This document shows, one piece after another, positions 62,881-64,000 of a stretch of DNA of 64,000 bases. The notes under the pieces are model-generated. The model had not been told where the DNA came from, did no database searches, and saw only the letters and a list, made by a program, of their open reading frames with translations. Each line of letters starts with the position of its first letter. Position 1 is the stretch's first letter. The DNA comes from Raja brachyura. Lineage: Eukaryota. The translations under genes and the position numbers were made by a program. The stretch lies in assembly GCA_963514005.1 (NCBI GenBank), contig OY740782.1, positions 15,438,001 to 15,502,000 on the forward strand, given 5' to 3'.

Positions 62881-63644
62881 CAAGGCTCAACTGTTGTCCC
62901 TCTGTGCTCTAAGCTTCACCTCATTCCGATCAAGGATCTTGGCCTGAAATGTCATCCGTCAATTTCCCTCACAGATGCTGCCTGACCCGTTGAGTTCCTC
63001 CAGCAGTTTGCAGTCTCTTGTGTCTTCGGCTTTCCAAGTGACTTGTCGCGATAAATATTTACTTTCCTACCAAAGCAGCCAACTTTACTTCTTCCCACAA
63101 TTATTCACAAGATCTGTTGTCACTCACTCAACCTCTCCACATCCCGCGAAGGCCAACATCTGACCCCTCCACTACGTAGTTTCCTACCAATCATTATCAT
63201 CAGCCAGATTCACCAGGAATGCCATTCCCTCAGAGATTTGCCCTCGAAAATTTGGCACGTCAATAGAGAGATGACAGTGTAGGAAGAACAATGGCCTTTT
63301 GGAAAGAGACGACTTTACAAGCCGGGGACCCCATTTCCAACAACATTAGTTTCAGGACTCGAAAAGCAATATTCTTCCAGACTGAGAAATAATCTTTCGC
63401 CTTCACTCTTCTTCCTGTTACTTGAACTACTTGCTGTCCAAATGATTTTAAAAAATCATAATTGTATTCGCTTCTTTAGAATCTGGCAGCTTATTCCAGA
63501 TATAGAGTGAAAAAGCTGCCATGAGATCTCCAATGAAGGTGTATAATGCGATGAGGGGAATTGATAGATACAATGCAAAGAGTCTGTTACCCAAGGTATC
63601 CGGAAGCAGGGGACATAGGTTTAAGGTGAAAGGTAAGGAGCGAG

Positions 63645-64000
63645 AATAGTAAGATTGAACGAGAACTTACCAGTTCGAAGGTTGATCTTTATTTTATGAG
63701 GAGTCGAAGTGAGGGATTTCGTGAAGAGCCCGCCGGCACGCATGCTCGACATACTTCAAACTAGCGGCGTGGGATCACAGAACCAACAATAGAAATGACT
63801 TCGCATAGTATGATTGAAGTGACTAAGATTACCAGATGAAGGTGATTGAGGGTTGGGCGAGGAGGGCACGAAATCCCTCACTTCGACTCCTCATAAAATA
63901 AAGATCAACCTTCGAACTGGTAAGTTCTCATTCAATCTTACTATTTCATTTCGGAGTCACGTGAGTGACTTCGTGAAGACTTCAAAGCTTCTGTGATTAC
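63645..64000 (-). mobile_element. DIRS1-like (tyrosine-recombinase retrotransposon) terminal region, continuing beyond the window
   Basis: 79-bp inverted repeat 63645-63723 / 63867-63945 with one mismatch; GGTAAGT..AATCTTACTATT terminus; interrupts a CR1 fragment. Confidence 0.7.

Overview
Eukaryotic, repeat-dominated, apparently intergenic or intronic vertebrate DNA. The repeat content (HE1/V-SINE tRNA SINEs with CR1 tails, a SacSINE1-like Deu-domain relic, abundant CR1, Rex1-like and Penelope fragments) points to a cartilaginous fish, probably a skate or ray (inference). I found no intact host protein-coding exon, and nearly all ORFs in the track are repeat translations. Highlights: (1) a 6.8 kb transposase-less PIF/Harbinger-type element (4017-10841, TTA TSD) carrying a decayed multi-exon MADF + BESS-like + Gln-rich gene, inserted into another copy of its own family, with a further element inside its right TIR; (2) dozens of Penelope terminal fragments, many palindromic, containing a minimal hammerhead-ribozyme core; (3) three ~1 kb DNA transposons with exact 7-bp TSDs; (4) two non-autonomous Helitrons plus a helicase relic; (5) retroposons sharing one hairpin core but carrying different LINE tails; (6) a young DIRS1-like end, and L2, Vingi and Tx1 fragments. 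All family calls were made by eye without database searches. Boundaries are approximate unless termini or TSDs are quoted.
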